The notes beneath the pieces are model-generated. The model had not been told where the DNA came from and made no database searches. It saw nothing but the letters and a program-made list of their open reading frames with translations. A program made the translations under genes and the position numbers. A stretch of DNA of 64,000 nt, taken from the NCBI GenBank assembly GCA_963806225.1, contig CAWDXG010000004.1, forward strand, positions 3,296,001-3,360,000, written 5' to 3'. The stretch comes from an uncultured delta proteobacterium (lineage in GTDB: Bacteria > Myxococcota_A > Polyangia > Polyangiales > Polyangiaceae). Positions 18,065-28,121 of this stretch are shown one piece after another; positions within the stretch are counted from its first letter, which is position 1, and every line of letters starts with the position of its first letter.

Positions 18065-19569
18065 CACGACATCCAGTTGGCGTCCTGCTGCAGCTCCCAC
18101 TTGACCGTGACCTTGCGCGGCCGCGTCCAGAAGTGGAAGCCATCGATGCCCGTCAGGTTGCCGTGGCCGAACTTGCTGTCGTTCCAGCCGCCGAAGCCGA
18201 ACGGCTCGCGCGGCACCGGAACGCCGACGTTCACACCGACCATGCCGGCCTCTACGCGACGCATGACGTAGTCGGCCACAGCGCCGCTCGTGGTGTAGAT
18301 GCACGATGCGTTGCCGTACGGGTGGCTGTTCTCGAGCGCGATGGCCTCGTCGAGGTTCTTGACGTGCACGACGCTCAGGACAGGGCCGAAGATTTCGTCC
18401 TTCCATGCCCCCATCTCCGGCGTGACGCCGTCGATGATGGTCGGTCCGACCCAGTAGCCCTCGTCGTTGCCCTTCTTGTTGCGGCCGTCGACGACAACCT
18501 TGGCGCCGGCCTTTTCGGCCTCGTCGATGTAGCGGGTGATGCGATCGACCGACACCTTGTTGATGATAGGGCCGACATGCTTGCCGGTCTGGAGCGTCTT
18601 GGCCTTCTCGACCACAGCGTCCATCACCTTGCTCACGTCGCCCACGGCCACCAGCACCGAAGCGGCCATGCAGCGCTGACCGGCACAGCCGGTGAACGAT
18701 GCCACGACGTTCTCGGCGGTCACCTTCACGTCGGCGTCGGGCACCAGGATCAGGTGGTTCTTCGCGCCGCCCAGACAGAGCATCGTCTTGCCGGTTGCGG
18801 CGCCGCGTCCGTAGACGTGCTTGGCCACCTTGGTGGAGCCCACGAAGGCCATGGCACGGATCTTCGGGTGATCGCACAGGGCGTTGACCACGTCGGCGGC
18901 GCCGTTGACGATGTTGAACACGCCGTCGGGCAGGCCGGCTTCCTTGAGCAGCGCCGCGAGCTTCATCGCGCCGAGCGGCACACGCTCGCTGGGCTTGAGC
19001 ACGAAGGTGTTCCCGCCGACGATCGCCTGCGGCAGCATCCAGAGCGGCACCATTACCGGGAAGTTGAACGGCGTGACGCCGGCGACCACGCCCAGCGGCT
19101 CGTGGATCTCCTTGCACACCACGCCGCGGCTCACCTCGAGCTCTTCGCCGCTGCCGCCCGAGTTGGGCAGCGAAGCGCCGAACTCGACGCACTCGATGCC
19201 CTTGAGCACGCTGGCTTTCGCCTCGGCGTAGGTCTTGCCGTTCTCGTGCACGACGAGCCAGGAAAGCTCCTCAACGTCGCGCTCCATCAGCTCTCTTAGC
19301 TTGTAGAAGATCTGCGCGCGCTCGCGCATCGGCCAGCGCGACCAGGTGGCGAAGGCGCGCTGCGCGGCTTGCACTGCGAGATCCACGTCTTCCGCTCCGG
19401 AGAGCGGCACGCTGGAGAAGTCCTTGGCCCAGCGCGGGTTGTCGACGGGCAGCGTCTTGCCCGTCGTAGCGTCACGCCACTCGCCGCCGATCCAGTTACG
19501 GGCCGGGACGTACTCGACGAAATCCTCGTTCTTCGCCGGGAAGGCCGGGGGGAAATTCTTGTCTGACAT
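18064..19569 (-). CDS. mmsA: CoA-acylating (methyl)malonate-semialdehyde dehydrogenase
   Basis: TPFNFPVMVPLW, LKPSERVP, FVGST, GGAKNH, GQRCMA catalytic Cys, EIFGPVL, GVNVGVPVP; GGAG RBS. Confidence 0.92.
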   Translation of the reverse strand: MSDKNFPPAFPAKNEDFVEYVPARNWIGGEWRDATTGKTLPVDNPRWAKDFSSVPLSGAEDVDLAVQAAQRAFATWSRWPMRERAQIFYKLRELMERDVEELSWLVVHENGKTYAEAKASVLKGIECVEFGASLPNSGGSGEELEVSRGVVCKEIHEPLGVVAGVTPFNFPVMVPLWMLPQAIVGGNTFVLKPSERVPLGAMKLAALLKEAGLPDGVFNIVNGAADVVNALCDHPKIRAMAFVGSTKVAKHVYGRGAATGKTMLCLGGAKNHLILVPDADVKVTAENVVASFTGCAGQRCMAASVLVAVGDVSKVMDAVVEKAKTLQTGKHVGPIINKVSVDRITRYIDEAEKAGAKVVVDGRNKKGNDEGYWVGPTIIDGVTPEMGAWKDEIFGPVLSVVHVKNLDEAIALENSHPYGNASCIYTTSGAVADYVMRRVEAGMVGVNVGVPVPREPFGFGGWNDSKFGHGNLTGIDGFHFWTRPRKVTVKWELQQDANWMS

Positions 19570-19580
19570 GATCGTCTCCT

Positions 19581-20447
19581 CTACCTCTTGACCAGCTCGT
19601 CGTACGCGTCGGGACGACGGTCGCGATAGAACTGCCAGGTCTGCCGCACCTCGTCGATCATCGACAGGTCGAGGTCGGCGACGATCAGCTCGTCGTTGTC
19701 CTCGGACGCCTCGGCGATGATCTCGCCGCGCGGGTTGGCGAAGTAGCTCGTGCCGTAGAACTTGCCGATGTTCCAGGGCGCCTCGGTGCCGACGCGGTTG
19801 GACGCCGCCATGAAGTAGCCGTTGGCCGCGGCGTGGGCGGGCTGCTCGAGCTTCCACAGGTACTGCGAGAGCCCCGCGACGGTCGCGCTCGGGTTGAACA
19901 CGATCTCGGCGCCGTTCAGGCCGAGGCAGCGAGCGCCCTCGGGGAAGTGGCGGTCGTAGCAGATGTACACGCCCACCTTGGCGTACTTGGTCTCGAACAC
20001 CGGGTAGCCGCCGTTGCCGGGACGGAAGAAGTACTTCTCCCAGAAGCCGGCCACCTGCGGGATGTGCTGCTTTCTGTACTTGCCGAGGTACGTGCCGTCG
20101 GCATCGATGACCGCGGCGGTGTTGTAGAAGACGCCGCGCATCTCCTGCTCGTACAGCGGCACGACCATGACCATGTTGTGCTTGCGGGCGATGCCCTGCA
20201 TCAGCTCCGTCGTCGGCCCCGGGATGCTTTCGGCGGCCTCGTACCAGCGCTTGTCCTGGCTCGGGCAGAAGTAGGGGCCGTTGAAGATCTCCTGAAGGCC
20301 GAGGATCTGCACGCCCTTCTTCGCGGCGTCCTCGATGAACGGCATGTGCTTGTCGAGCATCGCCTTCTGGATGTCCTTGACGGGCACCTTCTCGTCATTG
20401 ATGGGGTTGGAACACTGGATCATTCCGCAACGCACGATCTGGCTCAT
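19581..20447 (-). CDS. Beta-ureidopropionase (N-carbamoyl-beta-alanine amidohydrolase), nitrilase superfamily
   Basis: LQEIF, YRKQHIP, ICYDRHFPE (E-K-C triad), FWEKYFF; first gene of the pyrimidine catabolic operon. Confidence 0.9.
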   Translation of the reverse strand: MSQIVRCGMIQCSNPINDEKVPVKDIQKAMLDKHMPFIEDAAKKGVQILGLQEIFNGPYFCPSQDKRWYEAAESIPGPTTELMQGIARKHNMVMVVPLYEQEMRGVFYNTAAVIDADGTYLGKYRKQHIPQVAGFWEKYFFRPGNGGYPVFETKYAKVGVYICYDRHFPEGARCLGLNGAEIVFNPSATVAGLSQYLWKLEQPAHAAANGYFMAASNRVGTEAPWNIGKFYGTSYFANPRGEIIAEASEDNDELIVADLDLSMIDEVRQTWQFYRDRRPDAYDELVKR

Positions 20448-20801
20448 CGCTCACGCTCCTGGCGCGGCAGGGGCCCATCGGCGGGAAGGGCAGGCCGCGC
20501 GGCATCTCGAGAAAAAGGAAATGCAGGATACGCGACCTGTCCGCGGTGACTAGAGGCGACCATCCGAGCAGGGGAACGGCCCAGGGGCCGCTCCTCCAGA
20601 CGCAACCGGCCTGCGTGCGGACGGGACCTCGACGCCAGGCGCGGCGCACCGCGTCACCGGGCGCGCCGCGCCTGCGGCGTTGGCACACCGCGCGACGCTC
20701 ATTCCAGGGCAATTGATGCGGCTCAAGCCCGCTCCCCGGAAATGCAGCTAGAGGAAGGTTCCCAAGCAAGCCGGCGTACTCATGCTGCAAGGAGGCTCCA
20801 T

Positions 20802-21536
20802 TTGACCACTCTCCGCTTCGCCGTATCCACCCTCGCTGCTGTTGGTTGCGCGTTGCTCCCCGCCCTCGCGAGCGCGCAGCCAGAACCGTCATCGGACGCG
20901 CCCGCCGCAGCGGCGCCTGATGCCGCCCCTGCCGCGGCTCCAGCGCCAGCCCCCGCCGCAGCTCCAGCGCCAGCCCCCGCCGCTGCCCCCGCTGCGGCTC
21001 CAGCGGCTGCGCCCGCCCCAACGGAAGACACGTCGGACGACCCCTCGAAGAACTCGGTCTACGCCGAGATTCTGGGCTCGGCGATGATCGGCTCGGTCAA
21101 CTACGAACGCATGGTGATTCCCGACGTCGGAGTCCGGGTGGGCTTCGGCTACTTTTCCTCATCCTCGTCCGTGTCCACATCGGCGGGCACTGCCTCGAGC
21201 AGCGTCACGTATCTCTTCTTTCCGGTCACGGCCAGCTACATTGGCCTCCGCTCCGGCAGGCACAGCCTCGAGGTGGGCGGCGGCGCGACGCTCCTGTCGG
21301 TGAGCGGCAGCGGCAGCTTTCTCGGCGCGCACGCTTCCAGCTCGGGTCTCATCCCGTATGGCGACGTCCTGCTGGGCTATCGCCTGCAACCGACAGGCGG
21401 CAAAGCCGGCTTCATGTTCCGCGTCGGCGCCATGGCTCTGGTCGGCAAGGGCTTCTCCTTCTCCTCCAATGCGGATCCGGAGAAGATCGGCGTCATCCCC
21501 TGGGGCTACATCAGCTTCGGCGCGTCGTTCCTCTAG
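20802..21536 (+). CDS. Secreted protein with Pro/Ala linker and probable small outer-membrane beta-barrel
   Basis: AGGAGG then TTG start; signal peptide ending ASA-Q; amphipathic beta strands; ends YISFGASFL. Confidence 0.65.
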   Translation: MTTLRFAVSTLAAVGCALLPALASAQPEPSSDAPAAAAPDAAPAAAPAPAPAAAPAPAPAAAPAAAPAAAPAPTEDTSDDPSKNSVYAEILGSAMIGSVNYERMVIPDVGVRVGFGYFSSSSSVSTSAGTASSSVTYLFFPVTASYIGLRSGRHSLEVGGGATLLSVSGSGSFLGAHASSSGLIPYGDVLLGYRLQPTGGKAGFMFRVGAMALVGKGFSFSSNADPEKIGVIPWGYISFGASFL

Positions 21537-21549
21537 TGCGCGCGTAGCT

Positions 21550-21596
21550 GCGCCGCGGCGTCAGCCGGCGCCGCGGCGTCAGCCGGCGCCGCGGCG
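21550..21596. repeat. 18-bp intergenic tandem repeat, 2.6 copies (gcgccgcggcgtcagccg)
   Basis: Visible directly; each unit contains the palindrome cgccgcggcg. Confidence 0.75.
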
Positions 21597-21620
21597 GGCG
21601 GCCGGGTACACTCGGCCGCC

Positions 21621-21671
21621 ATGAGCTCCGCGGAGTGGCGTTTCACCCACAAGGACGGACGACCCTACTAG
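21621..21671 (+). pseudogene. 16-aa mini-ORF MSSAEWRFTHKDGRPY, possible internally deleted cupin-family gene
   Basis: TACACT box 8 nt upstream of ATG; FTHKDG.PY-stop resembles the C-terminus of COG3837-type cupins (from memory). Confidence 0.35.
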
Positions 21672-21735
21672 CGGACCGCACGCGCCCTGCGGGCCCACGC
21701 TTTGCACGCCGACGGCGTTCTGTTACGCCCCGGCC

Positions 21736-22431
21736 ATGAGCGAAAACCCGGTGAGCTTCGAACTGTCCCGCGACGTCGCCGTCGTGCGCATGGACGACGG
21801 CAAGGCCAACGCGCTGAGCCCTGCGATGCTGGACGGCCTGGACGAAGCGTTCGGGCGGGCGACGAAGGAGGCCAAGGCAACGGTCCTGGTAGGGCGCGAA
21901 GGGCGGTTCTCGGCCGGCTTCGATCTGCGGCACATGATGGCCGGTCCGGCCGAGGCGCGCGCGCTGCTCACGCAGGGCGCGGACGTGCTGATGAAGGCCT
22001 ACGGACACCCGCAGCCGCTGGTCGTAGCGTGCACCGGGCACGCGCTGGCGGGTGGCGCGCTCCTGGTGCTGACCGGCGACGTGCGCATCGGCACGCTGGG
22101 CGAGTTCAAGATCGGGCTGAACGAAGTCGCCATCGGCATGCCGCTGCCGATCCTGGCGCTGGAGATGGCGCGCGATCGACTGGCGCCGAAGAAGCTCACC
22201 GAGGCCACGCTCACCGCACGCCAGTACGCACCGCCCGAAGCCGTCCAGGTGGGCTACCTTGACGAGGCGCTCGAAGCCGATGCCGTGCTGCCCGCCGCGA
22301 TGGAGCGCGCAAAGCAACTCACCCAGCTCTCTGGAACGCCCTTCGCCGCCAGCAAGCGCGGCCTGCGCGGTGGAACGATCCAGCACATCCGCGACACGCT
22401 GGACGCGAACCTGCGCGAGTTCGGCGCGTAG
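21736..22431 (+). CDS. Crotonase/enoyl-CoA hydratase family protein
   Basis: DDGKANAL, FSAGFDL, GHALAGG, IGLNEVAIG motifs. Confidence 0.88.
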   Translation: MSENPVSFELSRDVAVVRMDDGKANALSPAMLDGLDEAFGRATKEAKATVLVGREGRFSAGFDLRHMMAGPAEARALLTQGADVLMKAYGHPQPLVVACTGHALAGGALLVLTGDVRIGTLGEFKIGLNEVAIGMPLPILALEMARDRLAPKKLTEATLTARQYAPPEAVQVGYLDEALEADAVLPAAMERAKQLTQLSGTPFAASKRGLRGGTIQHIRDTLDANLREFGA

Positions 22432-22482
22432 GCGTCAGGGCCGCGAAGGTCGGGCGCGTCCTGCCGTGACGCGAGGGGCCGG

Positions 22483-23691
22483 CTACTTGCCGCACGTATG
22501 GCCATGCCCGCAGTGGTTGCTGCAACAGTCGCCGTTCTGGTAGCAGCTGGCGTCCTTCGGCTTGCAGCACGTGCCGTTGTCGGGGACCGTTCCGGAAGGA
22601 CACGCGCAGGAACCACCCTGGCAGGTCTGGCCGCCCGAACACTTCTTGCCGCAGCCCCCGCAGTTGTTGCCGTCCCTGTTGGTGTTCGCTTCGCAGCCGT
22701 TTGCCTTGTTGCCGTCGCAGTTGGCGTAGCCGCTGCTGCACTGCGGGTTGCACGTTCCGTTGCTGCAGGAGGTGCTGCCGTACTGGTTTTTGCAGGCCGT
22801 GTTGCACTTGCCGCAGTGGGCAGTGCTGGTCAGGAGGTCGGTCTCGCAGCCGTCGCTGGTCCCGTTGCTACAGTCGCCATAGCCGGGGTTGCAGGTGATG
22901 GCGCACTTGCCGGCAACGCACGCGGCCTTGCCATTCGTGCTGTTGCAGACCGTGTTGCAGCCTCCGCAGTGCGTGGCGTCGGTCGAGACATCCTGCTCGC
23001 AACCATTGGCGGTGTTGCCGTCGCAGTCGGCCCAGCCCGCGTCGCACTTGGTGTAGCCGCAGGTGCTGCTGCTGCAGGTTAGCGCGGCGTGCTGCACAGT
23101 AGCGCCGCAGTCATTGCCGCAGAAGCTGCAGTTCTTCGCGTCCGAGACCAGGTCGGTCTCGCAGCCGTCGGACGCATCGCTGTTGCAGTCACCCTGGCCC
23201 ACAGGGCAGTTGGAGACCTGGCACTTGCCCTGGTTGCACGCCCAGTTCGTGGCACCGCCCGACGCGGAGCAGTCGTCACCGCAGCTCCCGCAGTTGTGGG
23301 GATCGTTGGCAGTGTTCACCTCGCAGCCGTCGCTCGGGTCGTTGTTGCAGTCGCTGAACCCCGAACTGCAGCTCTGGATGTCGCACTGGCCACTCCCAGC
23401 ACAGCCGGCGACCGCGTTGGGCAGGCTACACGCGGCGCAGGACGGCTCTGCGCAACCAAAGGATGGATCGTCCTTGGGAGGACAGCTCTCGCCGCAGAAC
23501 TTCTGGTCGGGGGTGGGAAAGCAGTTCGGCTGGCCACCGCTGCCCGCAACGCCGCCGCCGTCTCCGGCCGCCCCGGCCATCCCTTCGAGTCCCGCATCCG
23601 GCGGGGAGCCGGTGCCCGTCGCCTGGGTGTTGACGCTGCAAGCGGCCAGGCCGCCGCAGACCACCACGAGAAGCCAGGGAAAGCGACACAT
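22483..23691 (-). CDS. Cys-rich repeat lipoprotein (DC.g...dGCE.dl..d..hCG.CG repeats)
   Basis: GLAAC lipobox; about 5 repeats; TACGCT box 7 nt upstream of ATG 23691. Confidence 0.78.
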   Translation of the reverse strand: MCRFPWLLVVVCGGLAACSVNTQATGTGSPPDAGLEGMAGAAGDGGGVAGSGGQPNCFPTPDQKFCGESCPPKDDPSFGCAEPSCAACSLPNAVAGCAGSGQCDIQSCSSGFSDCNNDPSDGCEVNTANDPHNCGSCGDDCSASGGATNWACNQGKCQVSNCPVGQGDCNSDASDGCETDLVSDAKNCSFCGNDCGATVQHAALTCSSSTCGYTKCDAGWADCDGNTANGCEQDVSTDATHCGGCNTVCNSTNGKAACVAGKCAITCNPGYGDCSNGTSDGCETDLLTSTAHCGKCNTACKNQYGSTSCSNGTCNPQCSSGYANCDGNKANGCEANTNRDGNNCGGCGKKCSGGQTCQGGSCACPSGTVPDNGTCCKPKDASCYQNGDCCSNHCGHGHTCGK

Positions 23692-23761
23692 AGTGCCAAG
23701 CGTACTACGGCGCACACCTCGCCGACACCGTCCTCGGCCAGGGCAGCCGCGTTTGTCCGAC

Positions 23762-24163
23762 CTACGCTCCCTGCGCGTGTTGGGGTGGCGACGCTATACC
23801 CGCGTCGCCCCGGGTGCAGGAGAGGCAGGGTCCGCGAAAGGTCTCGAAGCCCGCGTGGCAGACGACGAGATCCTTGCCGTCGCACGTTACCCCTTCGCCG
23901 TCCGGACAGGCCGCGCTCGGATGGTTCGAGACCGCACAGAACACGTCCCCGGCATTGTCGACGCAAACGCTCGGCGCCTTGCACGGCACGCGAACCCATT
24001 GGTTGGCACCAAACATCTGATCGACGCCAGGCTTGGGGCAGGTGACCATCGTGTTGCCTTCGCAACGCGATCGATCGTGCGTGGGATGGCATGGTTTGCG
24101 GCAGCTCACGAGGCACCCGACGGCGATCAGGCTGGCGAGACCGACGGACAGTTCCTTCATCAC
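23762..24163 (-). CDS. Small Cys-rich hypothetical lipoprotein
   Basis: Hydrophobic N-terminus with LVSC; about 12 Cys. Confidence 0.55.
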   Translation of the reverse strand: MMKELSVGLASLIAVGCLVSCRKPCHPTHDRSRCEGNTMVTCPKPGVDQMFGANQWVRVPCKAPSVCVDNAGDVFCAVSNHPSAACPDGEGVTCDGKDLVVCHAGFETFRGPCLSCTRGDAGIASPPQHAQGA

Positions 24164-24477
24164 GGTTTTTCAATATCGTCTCCGGGACACGGCTGTCCAA
24201 TGGCGCGCGCAGGTCGAAACCCCCGACTCGCACCGGCGTGGTTATGCTCGGGGCCATCCCGTGGCGCGCAAGCTCAACGACGCGCTCTACGCCAAGAACG
24301 GCACCTGGCAGCTTTTCACCGTGGGCGCACGCCCAACCACCGGGAATCGGGAACACAACGCGCCCAGCGCGCCGCCGTTCCGGATAGACTGGCAGTGCGA
24401 TGGCGGCGATTGGTATTCCAGGACGCGTCGGGAAGGTGAGGGCACGGCGCACCGCGCCGTGGTTTCCGGTGCGGGCA

Positions 24478-25746
24478 ATGCAGGTCGGCCTGCTCCTGTG
24501 TCTCGCTGCCGGGGCCGCCAACGCACGCGCCGGAGCCGTGTCGCCGTGGCCCGCGCGGTTCTACGCGGAAATACTGACCCCCCGCCCGACACGCTGGACG
24601 CCCGCGTTCGATGCCTACCACCGCGGCTTCTACGCGGTCGACAAGCGTGGCCTCTTGGCCGCGCTTCCGGTCTACGCGCGTGCCAGGGGCGTAAGGCTGC
24701 GGGCGCTTCTGGTGCTTGGGCCCGTGGGCGTTCTGTGGAGCTACGACGCGTTCACGTTCGTCGAGGAGCGGGGCCGCATTCGCGTGGTCGAAATCCAGAT
24801 GCCCCACGCGCGCATCGTGCGGAAGCGCGCCGGGTGGATCACCCGAGGACAGCTCGAAAAGCTCGAGCGCACCGTCCGTTCGTCCAGCGTGGTGTCGGCG
24901 GCCGCGAGCGCCGACGACCTCCCGCGCGGTCGCCACGCCGAGTACCGGTACACTTTCCTGTTCGCGGACTTTCGCGACAAGGCGCCTCTCGCCTTTGCCG
25001 ATCTGGAAGGCGCGAGCGACCGCGGCGCGGTTCGCACACTGCTCGCGCCGCTCGACACGCTCGACCGAAAACTCGACGAGACGTACACCATCGACCTCGG
25101 CCCCGACCTGCGCCCGTCCGAAAGGTCGTGGCAGGGTGGAGCGATCGGACTTGCGGCGACCCTGGCCGGCGACGAGTCGCGAGAGCTCGCGCGCGCTCTC
25201 CAGCAGGCTGGGTACTCGACGCTGACGACGACGCAGCTACAACTCGGTCCGGCGGTCGCGCTGTGGTACCGCCACTGGACCTTCGGCGGCTCGATCGACC
25301 TGGGGCTCAGTCGCAGCGCGCGCGGCCCGGAGGGCACCCGCTTCTCGATCCGGGAATGGGGCTCCAATTTCTACGGCGGCTACGCGCTGATCGACACGCT
25401 GAACCTCGTCGCATTCCCCGCGCTCGAGCTGGGCGCCCATGAGGCCGACGCTGGAATGGATCCACGGGCGCCGCCGTTCTTTTCTGCCCACTACTTCGGC
25501 GCTGGCAAGCGGATCGACATCCGCCAGGAATCGTTCATGGTGGGCGCGTCGCTGGGTTCTGACTACGAAGTGCCGTTCCGGAAACGGCTCGCAGGTAGGT
25601 GGGGAGTGATCTTCGGGACCCGCCTTGGCTACGTTCGAGGCTTCCCGCTGCCCTGGTCGGACGCAGACGGGCAACTCGACGGAGGTCCGCGCGTTTCCGG
25701 GTCCGGCGCGTTTGCACGATTCTGGGTCGGGTTGGTCGCGCCGTAG
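24478..25746 (+). CDS. Hypothetical secreted protein with C-terminal beta-barrel-like region
   Basis: Signal peptide; alternating aromatic/Gly strands in the C-terminal half. Confidence 0.55.
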   Translation: MQVGLLLCLAAGAANARAGAVSPWPARFYAEILTPRPTRWTPAFDAYHRGFYAVDKRGLLAALPVYARARGVRLRALLVLGPVGVLWSYDAFTFVEERGRIRVVEIQMPHARIVRKRAGWITRGQLEKLERTVRSSSVVSAAASADDLPRGRHAEYRYTFLFADFRDKAPLAFADLEGASDRGAVRTLLAPLDTLDRKLDETYTIDLGPDLRPSERSWQGGAIGLAATLAGDESRELARALQQAGYSTLTTTQLQLGPAVALWYRHWTFGGSIDLGLSRSARGPEGTRFSIREWGSNFYGGYALIDTLNLVAFPALELGAHEADAGMDPRAPPFFSAHYFGAGKRIDIRQESFMVGASLGSDYEVPFRKRLAGRWGVIFGTRLGYVRGFPLPWSDADGQLDGGPRVSGSGAFARFWVGLVAP

Positions 25747-25779
25747 TGCTCTGGGTCACGCTTCCGCGCGCCGCAGGCG

Positions 25780-26760
25780 CTAGATGAGATCGAAACCGAG
25801 CCGGGCGTCGAGGGTGGGTAGGAGAAGGTGGCGCATGCTGTCGTCGAGACTTTGCGTGGCGGCGTCCACGGTCGACTGCGGAAGCGCGGTACCCTGATCC
25901 GCCGACGCAGTCGTGTGCGAGGCCAGCACGCCGGTCGCGCCGATACCCACGGCGAACACGATACGATCGGCGATCTGCGCCTGGTAGCCGAGCTCGACGA
26001 GCCACATCCGGGTCGTGGTCGCTACGGAATAGGCGCCGACGACGTCCGGACTACCGACCAGAACGCTCGTCGCGATCGCACCGCCAAGACGCACCTCCGC
26101 GTAGCCCGCATCGAGGTATACGCCCGTGTTGTGGAAGGGCCGGAGACCGACGACCGCGTGCCAACTCCGACCGTGTTGGTAGCCATGCGCCGCGAGCGCG
26201 CCCGTGCCCGAGTCGGTGCCCGTCGCCAGCGTAGCGGCGCGGGCTACGAAGCCGAGATAGCTCGACGGCAACCAGCCGTAGCCACCGCCCAGCCGCAATC
26301 CTCCGGGCGTCTCGAACCGCGCCTGCACCGATACGTCCACCGGCGCCCGCGTTGCGGCCTCGAGGGACAGCATCCACCCCGCGGTCGCGTCGCGATGCGG
26401 TCGCGGGCTGTCCGTCACACCGCGATCGCGCGCTGGGCCTCTGCTTCGCCACCCGATGGCCGGACCCGGAAACACGATCGGAGGCGACGGCGGGCTGACA
26501 GACGGAGGCGACACCGGACTGACAGTCGGAGGCGGGGGCGGGTACGCCGGGGCTTCAGAGAACGAGTCTCTCCGCAGCGACGGGAACGCCCGCGTCGCTT
26601 TCGGCGACGCGGAGATGTCCAACGCGGCTGCTGACCCAGTGTCCTCGACGACCGCGAAGCTCGCGCGCCCCGTAGGTACGGGGCCGCTCGCGCGCGCTGC
26701 CTGGGCCAACGCCATCCCCAGCAGCAGGGAGAGCAACCCAACCGATCGAGAACCGGGCAT
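25780..26760 (-). CDS. Hypothetical secreted protein: Pro-rich linker plus probable outer-membrane beta-barrel
   Basis: Signal peptide (AQAARA), poly-Pro linker, amphipathic strands, ends LGFDLI; GGAG RBS. Confidence 0.6.
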   Translation of the reverse strand: MPGSRSVGLLSLLLGMALAQAARASGPVPTGRASFAVVEDTGSAAALDISASPKATRAFPSLRRDSFSEAPAYPPPPPTVSPVSPPSVSPPSPPIVFPGPAIGWRSRGPARDRGVTDSPRPHRDATAGWMLSLEAATRAPVDVSVQARFETPGGLRLGGGYGWLPSSYLGFVARAATLATGTDSGTGALAAHGYQHGRSWHAVVGLRPFHNTGVYLDAGYAEVRLGGAIATSVLVGSPDVVGAYSVATTTRMWLVELGYQAQIADRIVFAVGIGATGVLASHTTASADQGTALPQSTVDAATQSLDDSMRHLLLPTLDARLGFDLI

Positions 26761-27030
26761 CTACTCCAGACAACGGTCCACCGGGGGAGCTCGATAAGGG
26801 CCGTTGGGCCGGAGCAGACCCAGCGCCCAGGCGCGACGACGTTTCAGCTCGTCAGGAGCCACACGCCGGCGAAGATGCCGGCGAGCAGGGCGACACCGAG
26901 CCCCACCACGCGAGGGGCGGAGGGGTGGGCGGTTCACTCGACTGCTGACCGACAGCTGCGCCAGCTGCCCACCACCGGCGCGCGCACGGATTCGCCCCGC
27001 CGGTCAGCAGCGCGGACGGCCGACCAGGCC

Positions 27031-27068
27031 AACAAGAAGAGCGCATTGGACCGGAGTCCAATGCGCTC
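27031..27068 (-). terminator. Intrinsic terminator of the cold-shock gene
   Basis: 13-bp perfect stem gagcgcattggac/gtccaatgcgctc, 4-nt loop, followed by ttcttgtt on the minus strand. Confidence 0.8.
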
Positions 27069-27090
27069 AAAAGTCAGCGATCAAGTCGAG

Positions 27091-27288
27091 TCAGATGACG
27101 CGGACGTGCTCGGCGCGGGGACCCTTGGGGCCCTGGCCTACATCGAACGACACTTTCTGTCCCTCTTGCAGCTGGTCGAACGACGTGCCTTCGACGGACG
27201 ACTGGTGGAAGAAGACGTCGTCTCCACTGCCAGTCGAGATGAATCCGAAGCCCTTGTCGGTGAGACGCTTGATTGTACCTTCAGCCAT
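27091..27288 (-). CDS. cspA: Cold-shock protein (65 aa)
   Basis: KGFGFI (RNP1), DVFFH (RNP2), GPKGPRA. Confidence 0.93.
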   Translation of the reverse strand: MAEGTIKRLTDKGFGFISTGSGDDVFFHQSSVEGTSFDQLQEGQKVSFDVGQGPKGPRAEHVRVI

Positions 27289-27575
27289 TTTTTTCACATT
27301 CTTTCGAAGCGCCAACTCGGCGCATGCTCGATGGACGGCCCAAGTGGCCGCCAATCGAGTAAGCCCCTCTTAAGCCCTGTCGAGCCCGGAGTAAAGGCGC
27401 GCGGGCATGGCGTGGGCGTCCGACCCGGCGCTGGCCCAGCTGTAGTGTCCACCGGTGGGCCTGTCTTTCATCTGGATCGGGCTTCTGTCCGGGAGCTCGA
27501 CGCGGGCCCCGCCCTTTCCGCCGAGGATGATCGTGCGTCGGGAGAAAAGGGGCGAAATCGGCTAACTTCGTGTTC

Positions 27576-28034
27576 ATGCCGTTTCCTCGCTCCGATGCCG
27601 TCTTCGTTCCCAAGGTCAGCTGGACCGCCAACAACGCCCCCACTGCGGTGAGCTACGGCGCGCTGGTGGGAACACCGACGACGATTCTGTTGCTGCCGCG
27701 CTCCGGCACCGAGACCGCGGGCTTCACCCTACGGTTGCAGTGGACCCAGGGCGCCGCGACCGTGGACGACATCGCCGCCATGGTCGCGGACGCGAACCAG
27801 CCGGTCGCCGCCATCGAAGCCGCGCTCGTACAGAGCCTGCCTGAATGGCAGACCCGCTGCGTCTTCCCTGTCGCGCAGCTGACGCGCTTCGAGATCTTGA
27901 AGGGCTGGAAGCTGTGGCTCGGCGTCTCGGCCGTCCTGCAGCTCGGTGCCGAGCCAGCCGTGGCCCTACGCGTGCCGAACAAGGCGCATCTCGGCGAGCT
28001 GCGCCAGACGTACGCGGGACGAGCAAAAGTCTGA
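27576..28034 (+). CDS. Hypothetical protein
   Basis: Coding-like GC3 bias; TAACTT box 7 nt upstream of ATG. Confidence 0.55.
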   Translation: MPFPRSDAVFVPKVSWTANNAPTAVSYGALVGTPTTILLLPRSGTETAGFTLRLQWTQGAATVDDIAAMVADANQPVAAIEAALVQSLPEWQTRCVFPVAQLTRFEILKGWKLWLGVSAVLQLGAEPAVALRVPNKAHLGELRQTYAGRAKV

Positions 28035-28121
28035 GCGCTGCCCCGCAACGTGACGCGCAGACGCGGAGACGGTGCCACGCTGAAGCGTGGCGCGCAGCAC
28101 AGCGACCCCGCGAAGGCGGCG

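Noticed and set aside
14486..18271. 1261-aa plus-strand ORF and many other long overlapping ORFs
   Set aside because: Antisense or alternative-frame shadows of real genes, expected in high-GC DNA; low-complexity Arg/Ala/Pro-rich translations without motifs
16745..19192. 815-aa aminotransferase with a long N-terminal extension
   Set aside because: The extension is an off-frame read of mmsA; the real start is ATG 18064 overlapping the mmsA stop
20680..20697. TGGCAC as a sigma-54 promoter
   Set aside because: No GC at the -12 position (GG-N10-GA)
20448..20800. Riboswitch or ncRNA upstream of the pyrimidine operon
   Set aside because: GC-rich sequence can form stems, but no known aptamer consensus was recognisable by eye; an Rfam/Infernal search would be needed
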